From: Ascidiella aspersa
Taxonomy: Eukaryota
Assembly: GCA_963924565.1 (NCBI GenBank)
Contig: OZ004612.1
Location: 806,001 to 870,000 of the forward strand
Reading direction: 5' to 3'
DNA length: 64,000 bases
Under the pieces are notes generated by a model. That model was not told the DNA's origin and did not search any database. It saw only the letters and a program-made list of their open reading frames with translations. Position 1 is the first letter of the stretch. Each line of letters opens with the position of its first letter. The position numbers and the translations under genes were made by a program. Of this stretch, positions 51,780 through 64,000 are shown piece after piece.

Positions 51780-54700
51780 TGAAATTTGGTATGTGCCCCG
51801 TATGCTATGATATAAATTATAATTAAACATATTTGCCTTGAAAGAATTAAAAACATAAAGGGGCCTAATTGTTACAGTGCCATGTGCGGTTAACAATACA
51901 TTGAGTTATATGAAGAAAACACGATCTTATGAGTTGTGTCGTTCATTAATATGTAAGTTTCCTGCAGTTTAACTTAATGCATCATCACGCACTTTTAAAT
52001 AAACAGCAATAAACTAAATTCCTGCAAAACTTACTCCAAACCCACCTTAAGGCAATCAATTAATTTCCAATCTACCATTGCGTTATTGTGGCTTCCAGCA
52101 TGCTTTGGGCTGCTAAGAAGTCAGTTTGTTGCACAATTCAACAAACCATTTAAGCGTTTCTACAGCGGGCCTTGGTTGAAGAAAGAGCTAGCAGTAATTT
52201 AAGTGCAGAAAACAGCTAACTTTTATGTTGACATATTTTGCTTGTATTCATTATACTTTGTTTTTACATTGCATGGCAGATGTGTTTTGCTGAAGTTTAT
52301 ACAACTTTAGATATGTTGCCACTTATTTATACAGCGGATGTTTATTTGTAGAGATATTTTGTTGTTGGATTGATATTATGTATAATTTTATGTTAAAATA
52401 ATTGCACTGTTGAAATATATTGAACGCTATGGACAATTACACACAAAAAAAGTTGCATGCAGAATATTTTTGGAAATTGTAGGAAACTTTGCATGAGAAA
52501 ATGTTAAAAGCTTATAGGAGACAGTTTATTTGTTTATTTGATAGGTGGTTGATTGATTGTTATTATGCCTTTGTCGTCAGATACAATGATGCAATGACAT
52601 ATTATGGGTTGCTAGCTTTAGTCTTTGAATGCATTTATTTTTTTCGGTTTTCAATTTTGTACGATTTTAGTTTGACCTTTTCGTTTTTGAAATATTCTGT
52701 TTTCACTTTTTGTTTTTCAATTTGTTGAATAATTGTGTTTTGTCTTTTTGGTTGTTTGAAGGATTTTGTTTGTTTTGAACTTTTTATTTGTTGGAGAGAT
52801 TTTGTTCTTGTCTTTCTTGATTGTTTGAAGGATTTTGTTTTGGCTTTTTGGTTGTTTGCATAATATGTTTTGTTTAATATTTTGTTTTGAACGTTTTTGT
52901 TTAATGGAAGGTTTTTGCTTTTACTGTTTTGTCGTTAAAGGAGTTTGTTGTTCAAACCTTTTGTTCTTGGAATAATTTTGCATTAAATATTCTGCTTGTT
53001 CTACAATTTTTTTTATTTTAATGTACCCTATGACTATTGACGTTGTTTATGCTTGGTGTTGTTAATTGTGTTTAAATTGCTTTTGGCGTTTAAAGAATGA
53101 TTTTTGTTGTCGTAATGTAATAAATGATTTGTAAGTTTATGGCGATAGATCTCAAAGTATAGCCTGTGTATGTCTTCCACTGAAAACTATGTTATGGTCG
53201 TACTTAAAAACATTTGAAATTTGTGCAGTGAAATTCAGCTTGTCTCCATCCCATTAAATAAAACTTGTTGTTTGTTGTTCACTTGGATTCCATCTTGTCC
53301 ATGAAACGCCAGGAATCTTTGAACAAAAGTGGGAATAAATAAAAAGCTATAACCCGACAATAATTACCCGATACTGAATCTTGGTCTTTATTCGCGATCT
53401 TGGTTGAATTCCTTCATGTTGGTGATCTGCAATTTTAATTTAATTTGAAACGAATTTGTTACAAGAATTAGGTATGCTAAAATAGAAGGTAGACTTGTAT
53501 TTCTGCAATTTTAATGTTTATCTTTTAGTTTTCGATTTTAATATATTTCTTCAATTGATTGCGCTGTTAACTTATTTTACTTGGAAATTTGACACACACT
53601 CTTAATCAGCCTGACACGCTTTTTTATTGCTACAATGACTTGGGCAATTCAATTGACTTCCTGAACTCGCGCTGATTCCACCTTTTCCAGGAAAGAATCT
53701 TAAAACAAAACTTAATGTTGGCCTTGTTTGGAATGTTGGCTGGATTCTAGTTGAAGATGTCGAACTCTGAAATGAAAAAAATATAGGTAATCAACAGTGG
53801 GAAAATTTGCCAGAAATACAATAAGAATTTAAGTTTTTTAAAGTAGAATGTTAATGACTGGTCATTGATAAAATGGTGAACATTTTAGTGACAAACTTTT
53901 GATTTCGCTAAACTCTATTGACCAATTTAATCCCGTCATTGGTTAGTTAAACATCCAACATCTGACACCATTATATTTTCATTAGTAGACCAAGGAAGGT
54001 TCTTTAATGGGGTTTACATTCCATTAGTATCCTGGTTAGATTGTGCTGGTAGGCGCTCAACACTTGGGAATAAAAATCTAACGAACTTTGAAATTAATCT
54101 GCTGAAGGCAACCATAGAGTGTAAAAGTTATTTGATGTCTTACATGTGCATACAAAAATGATTGTGTAGATGTAATCGCAATCTGTTTGTGCTTAATTAT
54201 TTAGGTGTGTGTCATAAACATGAAATGCAGCTGAAAAGTAGATTTGGTTCAGTATCTGTAAGTTTCTTCATGTACAGATTATTTCATGAAGGGAAGTTTT
54301 TATTTTTACCTTCTGCAGAATCAGGTGTTTTCGGTAGGTGGCAGCCGTGAGCACATGTCGATCCTGAAAAACAAAAATCCGCGAGAAACTTGATGCAGTT
54401 TGCAACTAAAGTTAAAACGAAACTTACCCGAGCTCATAGGATGACTCAGCAACCTCGGTGGTAGTAGTTTCTTGCTGACTCAGCGGAATTTATCTGAATT
54501 TTACAATAAACTGAAACTTTTCGTTTTTTTTCTATGATAATCCCTTATCGACAAAAAACAAATAAACTGTCTGCAATTTTATGATTCTGTTTGCGCGTGT
54601 TTTTTTGTAATCTTCTAAAATCTGCATAACTTTGAATTTCTTGACTATCTAACCATCTGGTTTTTAACTTGTCGCCATTATTGGGTCATGAATATAAATA

Positions 54701-57700
54701 ATAAAAAATTAAATAACATTTTAAACCTTTAATTTAATGTCCGATATTTAAAAAAACTAAAATGGTAAAGTTTAAGCAAAATGTCTAGTGTTTAATTAAA
54801 AAAAATATAAGGACGCAAATTTACAATATTTAAATAAAAACTAAAAATGCTAGTTTATTCACAAAACCCAAATAAAAGCTGTAACGCGCCCATGGTTGTA
54901 CTTTACTCATTATCATTAACATCGAACTTGTGTGATGAGTTTTCGAATTAGTAGCGGTTTTGCATCGTTCGCTGTATTTTCCTAAACCTTTTCAGAATAT
55001 CTTCATATAAAATCAATAGCGGTGTTGGTGGTCTTGGCAGACTGGACGAACGATTCAGAAGTTCTCAACAGCTAAAACTTTTGCTAGTTTTGTCTCGTTT
55101 AATTTCAATTATAAGTTAGTAACCCTAATTAACCGTACTTAAAAAAATTAGCTATGTCATTTCATATTGAATATTGATTGGATCACAATCGAGTAAAAAC
55201 ATTAACTTATCAATGAAAATGAGTCAAGTAACTCAAACAAAACAAAATGTGAATAAACTTCATACAGCGATCAATGGTAAGTTGAACTTTCTTGAAACTA
55301 ATGGTATTATTTTGTATTTAGGCCACTATACTTTCATCAGCCAAAAGGAGGACGAAAGTGGAAGACGGTTTAAATAATTTGTAACGTCAAAGTGCCTACT
55401 TCAACTGCAACCTCCAGCCATTATGCTCCAAAATTTGACCGTTTTTTGAATAAATACGCGGATTTTGAAAAGTAACAGCAAAAATACAACAAAACAAGAG
55501 AATATATTTTTGACTTAAATGTTCGAAGGATGATAAGACCTGACACTATCGTCGAAAACTCTAACTTAACTTGCGCCTAATTACAAAAAGTCACATGGAA
55601 TGCATTTCTATTAAACATACGCGGAACTAAACACAAAAAGTAGGACATTTTGGAGTTTTCAAGTTTATTATGTTACGTGAGGTAACATATTTTTGTTTAG
55701 TTGTTTTATGCAATTCGACTGAAGGTTTGTAGTTTAGTATCTCTTCCAAAGATCCATAAACCTAATGAAAGATAGACATATTTATCCCAAGTGATGTTAA
55801 CCCTGTTACCCAAACATAAAAACTAATATAGTTGTATTTTATAGTCAGAGTTTGTTATTCTATATTTAGTTTGCTGGAATATTTGAGTTGACTTAAATCT
55901 TTATTTCCATTTTAAACTAACATTCAATAAATACCAAGGTAAGATTATTACAAACATGTTAGATCTTCCGGAACTCATTATTTATCCGAGGTTTCAGCTA
56001 CCTTTTGCAGTATGCCTTCACAACAACGTCACACTCAACCACACAAAGTTAAACCACAGAAACAAGCAGATAAAAATGATGGCTTGTGTTGCATTCCCTG
56101 ATGAAGGCATTCTGCATAGGAAGCCGAAACTTTGGTAAAAAGATAAATACCATAAGAACCTATTTTATTGAAATTATTATTTTTCAACCCAACATCCGAG
56201 GTGTTTTGAGGTTGTAAAGTCACGCGATAATAATTTGCTTTATTTACACGACGAAACGATAATCCGCATTATTATGATGGTCGCAGAAGTTTGGAAGTTG
56301 ATAGGCATAACATCAAACCTTTGGTATTTTGTTTTATTACTATTAGTTATCATTGATAACACGGGGAAGCATATTAACCGGACATAAAAAATTAGTTGAT
56401 AAATGACGATTATAGATTTGGCTACTTTTCCATTTTGGTAGCTGAAGAATCTATAAAATATAATAATTTAAGATATTTAAATGAACCACAACATGCACGC
56501 TCTACATTTTGTAAAAAGATAAAAAACATCTCACAAAAATAGAAAATATTTCTATTCATAAATCTGTTCATGGAAAGCAGTGGTCGGTAAACTGTGAGCC
56601 TTGGAGACATTTTTAGTCAGCCACATCTATAATATTTTCTATTTATTATTATTATTTCTGTTTTATCGGTAGTTCTGTGTTGTGATGTAAAGTCCTAATT
56701 CTCAATAAATTGTGTTAAACTTACCATTTTTTGTTATATGAAGATGCTTTTTCTTGCTTGAAATCGTTCACAATCTGATTATTTTCCTGCTAAAAAATTA
56801 CATTTACAGTTTGAAGGTAGTTTTTGTTGATTTATTTTCTTTACTTCATTTCATTATTAATTGTTTAATCAAGCATTATTGTGTAAATATGGGCGTAACC
56901 TAAAAAAATAAATCATTTTAAAATTTTAAAATGATTTAAACTAGGTATTTTATATTAATCCTAATAAATAATTTTACCAAGCAGCAAATATTCAATACTT
57001 TTCAACAACAAACAATGACCAGTTTTTCTCACCCTTAAACTTATTTTCTCACTAAAGATTCTCTGCAGTTTTCCGCGACCATAACCGTCACTGTACAAGA
57101 AAACAACAGGTCAAATATCCAAATTAAATGTTTGCATTAAAATTTTTCTATAAAATTGTGTTGGTAATCTTACTTTTTGCACATAAAACAGTTTGCTTGT
57201 TCTATTTCGCGTTTTGTTAGTTTTGGTTGAGAGTCGTGCGGGTTTATCATTTTTAATCGCGAGGAATAACTCAAAAGACCTTTAAGTACAAAAATTAGGA
57301 TAAATTACCCAATTAAACGAAAATAAATAAAATGTAAAATGGAAGCACTTGAGATGAGTCGAGTCATTTAAAAACAGTGACTTAAGTGCACTTAATCGTT
57401 GACTTAAGAAGTCGACAACATTGTGTCTTTTTTCTAGTCGAATCGTTGAGTAAGATGTTTTCCTATATTTAACACCAGTTTGGCTGTAACTATAGTCTTG
57501 CATCCAGAGCTTCGGTAAAAGTTAATGTTTATTTAGGTCTCTCATTTAAGCAAAGTGTTTTAGATTGACAGCAGTAGTTCGAATTTCTATACTATCAGTT
57601 ATCACGTTTGTTATTTAATTGCGTAACTTACGGGTATTGTGACGTCACAATATCAGTTGTGATCAACAAAGCAGCACAAACCACAACAAGAAATATCAGT

Positions 57701-58870
57701 TTGTTCATTTTTAACTTCTTACAAATTAAAGCACAGGTATTTAAAACTTTAAACAAGATTGTACAATTATAGGTTGAAGTTATTGTTGAACTTAAATATT
57801 TTTTTGTGTTTTCTGATTTATATAATGGTTCAAAATAATAATGTATTCCTGTAATTAATTACTTTTAGCTTCATTAGTAAAAGTAAGCCGGAACGTTATT
57901 TCACAATAATATTATTTAGGTCCGCCCTTAAATTGATCTCTTTAATGCATTTGGAGTGATATTCCAGTGGCATATTTGTGCACTTTGTAAAACTATAACG
58001 TCAGGTTTCTAAGGTTACTTGGTTCGGGCGTCACGTTATACATAACTTTGTGACGTCATAATTTGGAAATTTTTAAGCGATCTGCTAAGAAAATAATCGA
58101 CGTTAATTTTTCAGCAGACAAACCCAGCATCTCCTTGAATATATATTTAGACTAAGGTTTGAGTTTCAGGTTTGTGCACGACATCCAACTATAACCTTAA
58201 GCTTCCTATAAGATTACTTGTTTTAGAGTGCCTTACAATTTTCTACCCCTGCTTGGGTTTGTCGTTGATTATTCTCGCTTAAAATTCTCGTAATTTAGCT
58301 GAACATCTTTCGGCGACAATAACTTTCAGCAACTGTGCAAAACAAACATCTGCGACGCCTTAAAATCAAGCTTATTTAAGTTGCAATGACGTTTTTCCGG
58401 CACGTTTTGGCAATCTTGCGGTTGAAATCACGTTTTTCCGGAACTTTTTCTTGCATTTTTATGTTTGTTTGGAGTTGGCGAAGTTTTAGTTTGTCTGCAA
58501 GGAACTTCGAACTAAGTGTAGCAGCTAACTTCTTTATATATTTATTGTTATTTTTGTTGTTTTTATTATACACTTTAATTATAATTTGACATTGTAAATC
58601 CTCGTAAGGGCAAAATTTTTTTGCTTTTTTGTTATTAAAGCCAACAATGGCGAATATAACTTTTCCGAAAGCATCGTTTATGAAATTATATTGAGAAACT
58701 TTGTCATGATTGCTGTAATGACTTGTTTACCCAACTTCTTGCACGATTAAGGTGGCAGCCCACTGGACGCTTCTAGCGTCAAACTTCAAGATTTTGCGTT
58801 TCGCGTTAAGCGTCAACGGTGGCCCACATGAAAACGAACGCAAGGCGCAAGCGATCTAGACGGTCTATAG

Positions 58871-60365
58871 CAGTGTTTCCCAACCTTTTTGACACTAGTG
58901 CCCCCTTGGGCTCAATAATATTTCATATCGCCCCCCGCATCTTGCTTTACAGCAGGGGTGTCCAACAAGCGGCACGCGTGCCAAATGTGGCACGCGACCT
59001 AATAAAAAATGTCACGCAAGCCCTCCCCCAAAAATGCTAAAAATTGTTATTCAGCCAATTGTCAGAAAATACTAAGTTTGTTATACAGTCAATTGCCATT
59101 GTTTGTTCACAATATAAAACAATCGCGGCAATCACGACAATCAACAATTACTTTTGATATAGTAACATTATACTGTGTGGAGGCTAGCATTCACATAATA
59201 TTATATAGCTTGGTGTGAAGAAACAAAAGTCAGGGCACCGAGAGACACTTTGATGTTGTGATGCACATTTCTACTAGACAGTTTATTTTCAAGTTGAAAT
59301 AAACGTTCTTATTTTTGGTAAAAAAAGCGCTTTTATGATTAAAAAGAATTGGTTTGGTTACGAAACTTTGGCACGGGAAGAAGTTATAAGAAAAAAATTG
59401 GCACGCCGGCATGTTTGAGTTGGACACCCCTGCTTTAGAGTAAAGTATTATATTAATCGTTGCATAACACTTATTGTCTTCACTTTCGTTTCGATAAGCT
59501 GTCAGTCATATTTTAGGTTGTCTAACATACATTCACTATAGGAAGTTATAGATAAAACTACTTTGAGGAAACGCGATAACCTTAATAAGTAGTGTTTAGT
59601 GTTTGTTAATCTCTTTTAGTGTTCGTTAATCGCTTTAAGGTGAGGCGCATCTGGCGAGCGAAGCGAGCGCGATTTTTTGGGGGTATACCGGCATTTCTTT
59701 TAAATTTCTTGCTAGTTTTTATTACATTGCCAAAAAAAAATCAAAAAATGTTAAAAATATATGACCAATATTTTTGATTTTGTCCGCCACGCACTTGGCA
59801 GCCTTCCACGGCGCAAGGGTAAAAAATCGCTGATCTAGTCCAAAGACAGCATCAAAATGTAAACAAACTGGACGTAGAAAGATCATTCGAAAATTTTTTG
59901 CACGTACTAAGTTAAAATAGTCAAAAAGTATTTGAAATGGACTCGTGTCTAGTTGTCACAGGGGCGGCGGGCCGAATCTGGCCTGTGGGCCGTAGGTTGG
60001 CGACCCCTGCTTTAAGTATACAAACATTTTGCCGCGCATAAAACGGTGAAACGCAACAGTAACCAACAGCTTTACATAAGAAAGCCGATTATTATTACAT
60101 AACAATGGTCGGGAAACTACTAGAAGTTCGCATTACGGAGGTTACCTACAGTGCTGTTTATTACTATTTTTATGTAAACCTTTTTAAGTAGTTTCATGTA
60201 ACGCCCCCTTATGTGCGTTCAGCGCCCCCCAAATGAGAAAAAGACCCAAAACGCCCCCTTGTAACTCGCCAATGCCCACAAGGGGGCGGTACCGCCCACG
60301 TTGGGAACCTCTGGACTAGAAGAGCCACAAAAACATGCCGGTGAGCCGCAGTTTGCCCACCCCTG
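58871..60365. mobile_element. Nest of hAT MITEs
   Basis: Outer CAGTGTTTCCCAAC (58871) pairs with GTTGGGAACCTCTG (about 60314). Inner 58953-59432 has CAGGGGTGTCCAA/TTGGACACCCCTG with TSD CTTTACAG/CTTTAGAG. Extra right ends occur near 60009 and 60365. Confidence 0.78.
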
Positions 60366-60681
60366 CTATAAACTATTTAAACATTATCGAAATTAAAGTA
60401 CTGAGCTAAGTATTCTCGTAAATAATTTGTTCCAGTCACTTGCACTTAAAAATATTTCAATGTTTAACTATATGGATGAGTTTGTTCCGGTACCAATACT
60501 CGATATTTTGCACAAAATGATCAATAGTAATTACGTCATTTGGTAGCAATTAAACACCTAATGACGTCATTTGGTAGCCATCAAATACCAAATGACGTCA
60601 CTACCATGCCAAAATAAACAAACTTGGTGCAATTTAAACTAATAAAAAGAATTAACCATTAAACTTTTCGTCTTGCAAATC

Positions 60682-60810
60682 CTGTTCGACATTCTGTATA
60701 GCGCACTCTATTGACGCACTTCGAGGTGCTTTGACGTTTTCATGCACGGTCTAGCAATCTTTCGTGCAAAATTGTGCTTGCATTTGTAAAAACGTTTCGA
60801 TAAAAGGCAC
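60682..60810. repeat. Dispersed repeat shared with about 2012-2140
   Basis: ttctgtat(g/a)gcgcactctattgacgcac...cggtctagcaatct...ataaaaggca occurs at both loci. Confidence 0.75.
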
Positions 60811-63800
60811 TTTTTCAGTGCTGGAGGAAACACAAGTTATTTTTAACTTTTAAACCCTTGGGCGGCTTGATACTTTGCCAACAGCAGGACTCCTTATATA
60901 TGGAGCAGTTTGACAGGCTTGTCTGCGGCTGTGTAAATAAACCAAATCCCTCGTTATTTCTCCGGTAATGTCGTTCCACCAGGTTCTTTTACCCTTTTAA
61001 GATAAATATTATATTGTTTTAAGATTCTGTCGTATTCCACGTTCAACCAACAACATTTTTGAATATCCTTCCTTTGCGTAGGATATTTTTTTGTTCAAAA
61101 TTTAAGTGGCCAACTTTATTAAGAATGGGCTTGCAATTCCGAATCTGAGAAGAAATTAGAAAATTGCGAAATAAATATTTATCCACATGTTGAAAACAAT
61201 GATTGATGAATAAAGATGTATTCGAAACGTCCATAATGCAACCTTATTCTGTGTGGGATTTTGATATTCTTACTACGTTTAACTAAAACCTTCAACCATT
61301 ATGCTCCAATGAGTGATCGTTACAGATTCGTCATTCATGTAAAACAATAGTCACGCATTGAGTTTAGTGATTTTGTTATAAGCTATAACAACGCAAAATA
61401 ATATACGATATTATACTTGTACAACAACTGGGTATCTTTTGAATGTCTGGCGTAATATTATTCTAACACCATTTACTAGATTCGCCTTCTGTTAGAAGTA
61501 TAGCGAATGCAAGATGCTAACAGACTTAAAAGTACTTGAATACTTAAATGTTAAAGTTTACATTTATTTAAAGATTGCCCTTCATGAAAAACAATGAACG
61601 TTTTTGGAAATATTTTTTAAACGGGGCCAAACTTTAAAAGTTAAACATGACATATATTAACTCCTTGAATATAAGTTGTGACGTCATGCTTGAGTGAACC
61701 ATTTTTTTGACAGGTTCATTTTCTTTCAAATTATTCGGTTCACTTTCGGTTTGGCTTTTTAAAATATTACAAAAAACGGTCCTGGTTCGGGAGAAAATTG
61801 CCCAAAACAGGTTCATTAAGTTCCCTTTAGGGTTTGGTTCGACTTTCTGATTCAAATAAACAATAAAAATTAAATCAATCGAAAGACATTTGCCGCATTT
61901 TTTTGCTAATTAAGTCCAACAATGATATTGATGACGAGAAATTTGGTTTATTTACACAACGAAAACATCAATCACGATAGGTTCGAAAATGTCATTAAAT
62001 GGTCTGTAAATCAAGAAAATCAAGAAAATCAAGAAAAGCGAATTGCAATTGGCGATTTAGTGTTTTTACTTGCAATAATTGTCATGAAATTCGAGAGAAA
62101 ATTTAACCGGTCATGAAACATTCTAGTTAGTTTTTAAGAATATTTTTTTGAGTTTTAGCTACCTTCTTAAGCTTAAGAATAAAACTCTTAGGATTAGTTA
62201 TTAGAAGGATTAGTTGATTATATTCTTTGTACAATGATGTTTCCACTCCATTTTGAAGATGACGAATCTGTGAAACATGAATCACGATAATTAAAGCACC
62301 ACCCAGTGTTAGAATGACTCAAATTAATGACTAAGTGCACTTAAGTCGCTGTTTTCAAATGACTTGACTTGACTTAAGTCTTTTGGACATGGGACTTAGG
62401 TTAAAATGAAGTCTTTACATTAAGCCTTTTTATAAAATTGGTTTGTTTATCTTAATTTCTACACAAAGATTTCTTTGCTACGTGCTCGGTTGTTTTTAGT
62501 TTGTTAGAGCCCACAACTAAATGGGACGAGTTTACCAGACTTGAGTGGGACCTGAGATTTAAGCAGTTTTAAAAAACTTGTTTACAACACTTGCACACAC
62601 ACAAAATGATGATAACAGCACACAATATACACAAAATATATGTTATTCTAAGATATTAAAGGCCATGAAAAAAGTGAATATATTTTTTTCTTCACAATTT
62701 TCAACAGAAAACTATGTGGAGTAAAATAAATCGTGATGTTGTCCGTACAACATAACATCTTGGTTCTCAAACAATTGTGTTAAACTTACCATTTGTCGTT
62801 GTATGAATCAGCTTTTCTTGATCGAAGTCGGTCGCATTCGGGAGAACACAACAAGTCCTAAAAAGCAACAATATTTAAAGCAAAAACATCTAGGAAACCA
62901 TACTATTAACACCAACGATATAATAAAGCCAAACATAATCTGGTATGCACAACAGAATAAGAACTTAATCGTCTGAATAAGATAAACTTGTCGAAATAAA
63001 TTCTAAATTTATCGGAATAAGGCCTTAACCTAAATGGTCAAAATAACGCCTCAAACTGTAAGTAGGAGGTATGGGACAATCGGGTCGTGGGTCTGGCACC
63101 GGCCGTCATGGTGTCGACGTTTTGGCGCCCTAGTTTGACCGGCGCCGTTAGACCTTTTTATCTCTGTTTGCGGTTAGAGGTGGGTAATGGGTGGGGCTAG
63201 AAAATGTGTTGGGACTAAAATTATAATAGGGGTTAGTGATGTACTTTGAGGGGTGTTTTAGGTTAAAACTATTGTATAGGCCTTATTCTGGCCATTTATA
63301 ACTTATTCCAATTTATAAGTTGTTTTGAATATTAGATATAAGTCCTAATTTGGTCTTATTTCGAACTGTGTTTTATTCCGACGTTTGTGTTGTTATGATT
63401 TCCGTCTTATTGCTAGAGTCCTCGCAATTTTCTAAATTTCTTGCTGAATAAATACATTTTAAATTTTAAAGTTTAGAAAAAATATCCTGCTTTCGTTATT
63501 GTGTAAACGTATATAACTAAAATACTTATTTAAAAAGTAAAGTATTTTGTACAAGGTAATATTTTTTAAATCCATCTTACCTTAGTTCTGTTTTTAGCAA
63601 ATTGTTCGGTTTACTTTGCTGATAATTTTGTTGCACTTTTGTTACAACTTTATACATTTATTGATCGGTACATGCACAAGCAAAATATGTTATTAAAAAT
63701 TAATAGATTCTCTTAGATTTAGTAACCATAGGAACAAGTAGCTTTGATTTGGTTAATCGTATATTGTGTAATCAATAAAATCTATACCTTACAAATTTAA

Positions 63801-64000
63801 AACTATATTTTTTTATAAATAAACCACTAAAAATGTAGTTATTTTAGCAAAAGTATCAAGCGGTAATCATGTTTCTAAAACGTTAAGAGCAACGGCCAAA
63901 TCTCACCATCAAACTTCTCCCTCAACGTGAAACGATCATTTGCTTCTCCTGGCTCAAAAACCCCTGTCCTTTACTGCAATTTAAAAGGTATAATATTAAA

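Larger units (their letters stand above)
53350..62860 (-). other. Possible spliced minus-strand transcript with short exons (about 62790-62857, 56725-56787, 54428-54493, 54310-54363, and acceptors near 53768 and 53428)
   Basis: Several AG/GTAAG-bounded 54-70-nt segments. The 56.7 and 62.8 kb exons are related copies, both ending AAATG|GTAAGTTTAACACAAT. I could not build a long ORF. Confidence 0.35.

Noticed and set aside
52700-53100. T-rich low-complexity tract as a tandem array or coding repeat
   Set aside because: The units are degenerate with no ORF. It is probably UTR or intergenic low-complexity sequence.
54428-54493. Selenoprotein reading of the in-frame TGA codons (GC-TGA)
   Set aside because: I identified no SECIS or homology, so a non-coding exon is the simpler explanation.

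Overview
AT-rich animal genomic DNA with short GT-AG introns, hAT MITEs, a PIF/Harbinger element and a tRNA-derived SINE. An ascidian/tunicate origin is plausible but is only an inference. The dominant feature is a minus-strand tandem family of single-coding-exon genes of about 1000 aa. Each combines an N-terminal helical region, a Pol-beta-superfamily nucleotidyltransferase of the bacterial GlnD/GlnE/DUF294 type (GMGSLARNEITPYSDFE), a helical substrate-binding-like domain and a long, highly divergent C-terminal TPR array. There are five near-full copies: one intact, one cut by the window edge and three frameshifted. There are also several decayed 5' and 3' relics. The copies are organised as a duplicated two-gene unit, with signs of NTase-domain homogenisation and TPR diversification, which suggests an undescribed innate-immune sensor-enzyme family of possible bacterial origin. 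A 12-exon secreted LCCL-LCCL-EGFx3-discoidin(F5/8C) gene with kB- and CRE-like upstream motifs sits inside the cluster. The terminal exon of a PHLDB (LL5) gene lies at 5.9-6.1 kb. The right end (52-64 kb) holds MITE nests and weak signs of a spliced minus-strand non-coding or short-ORF transcript.
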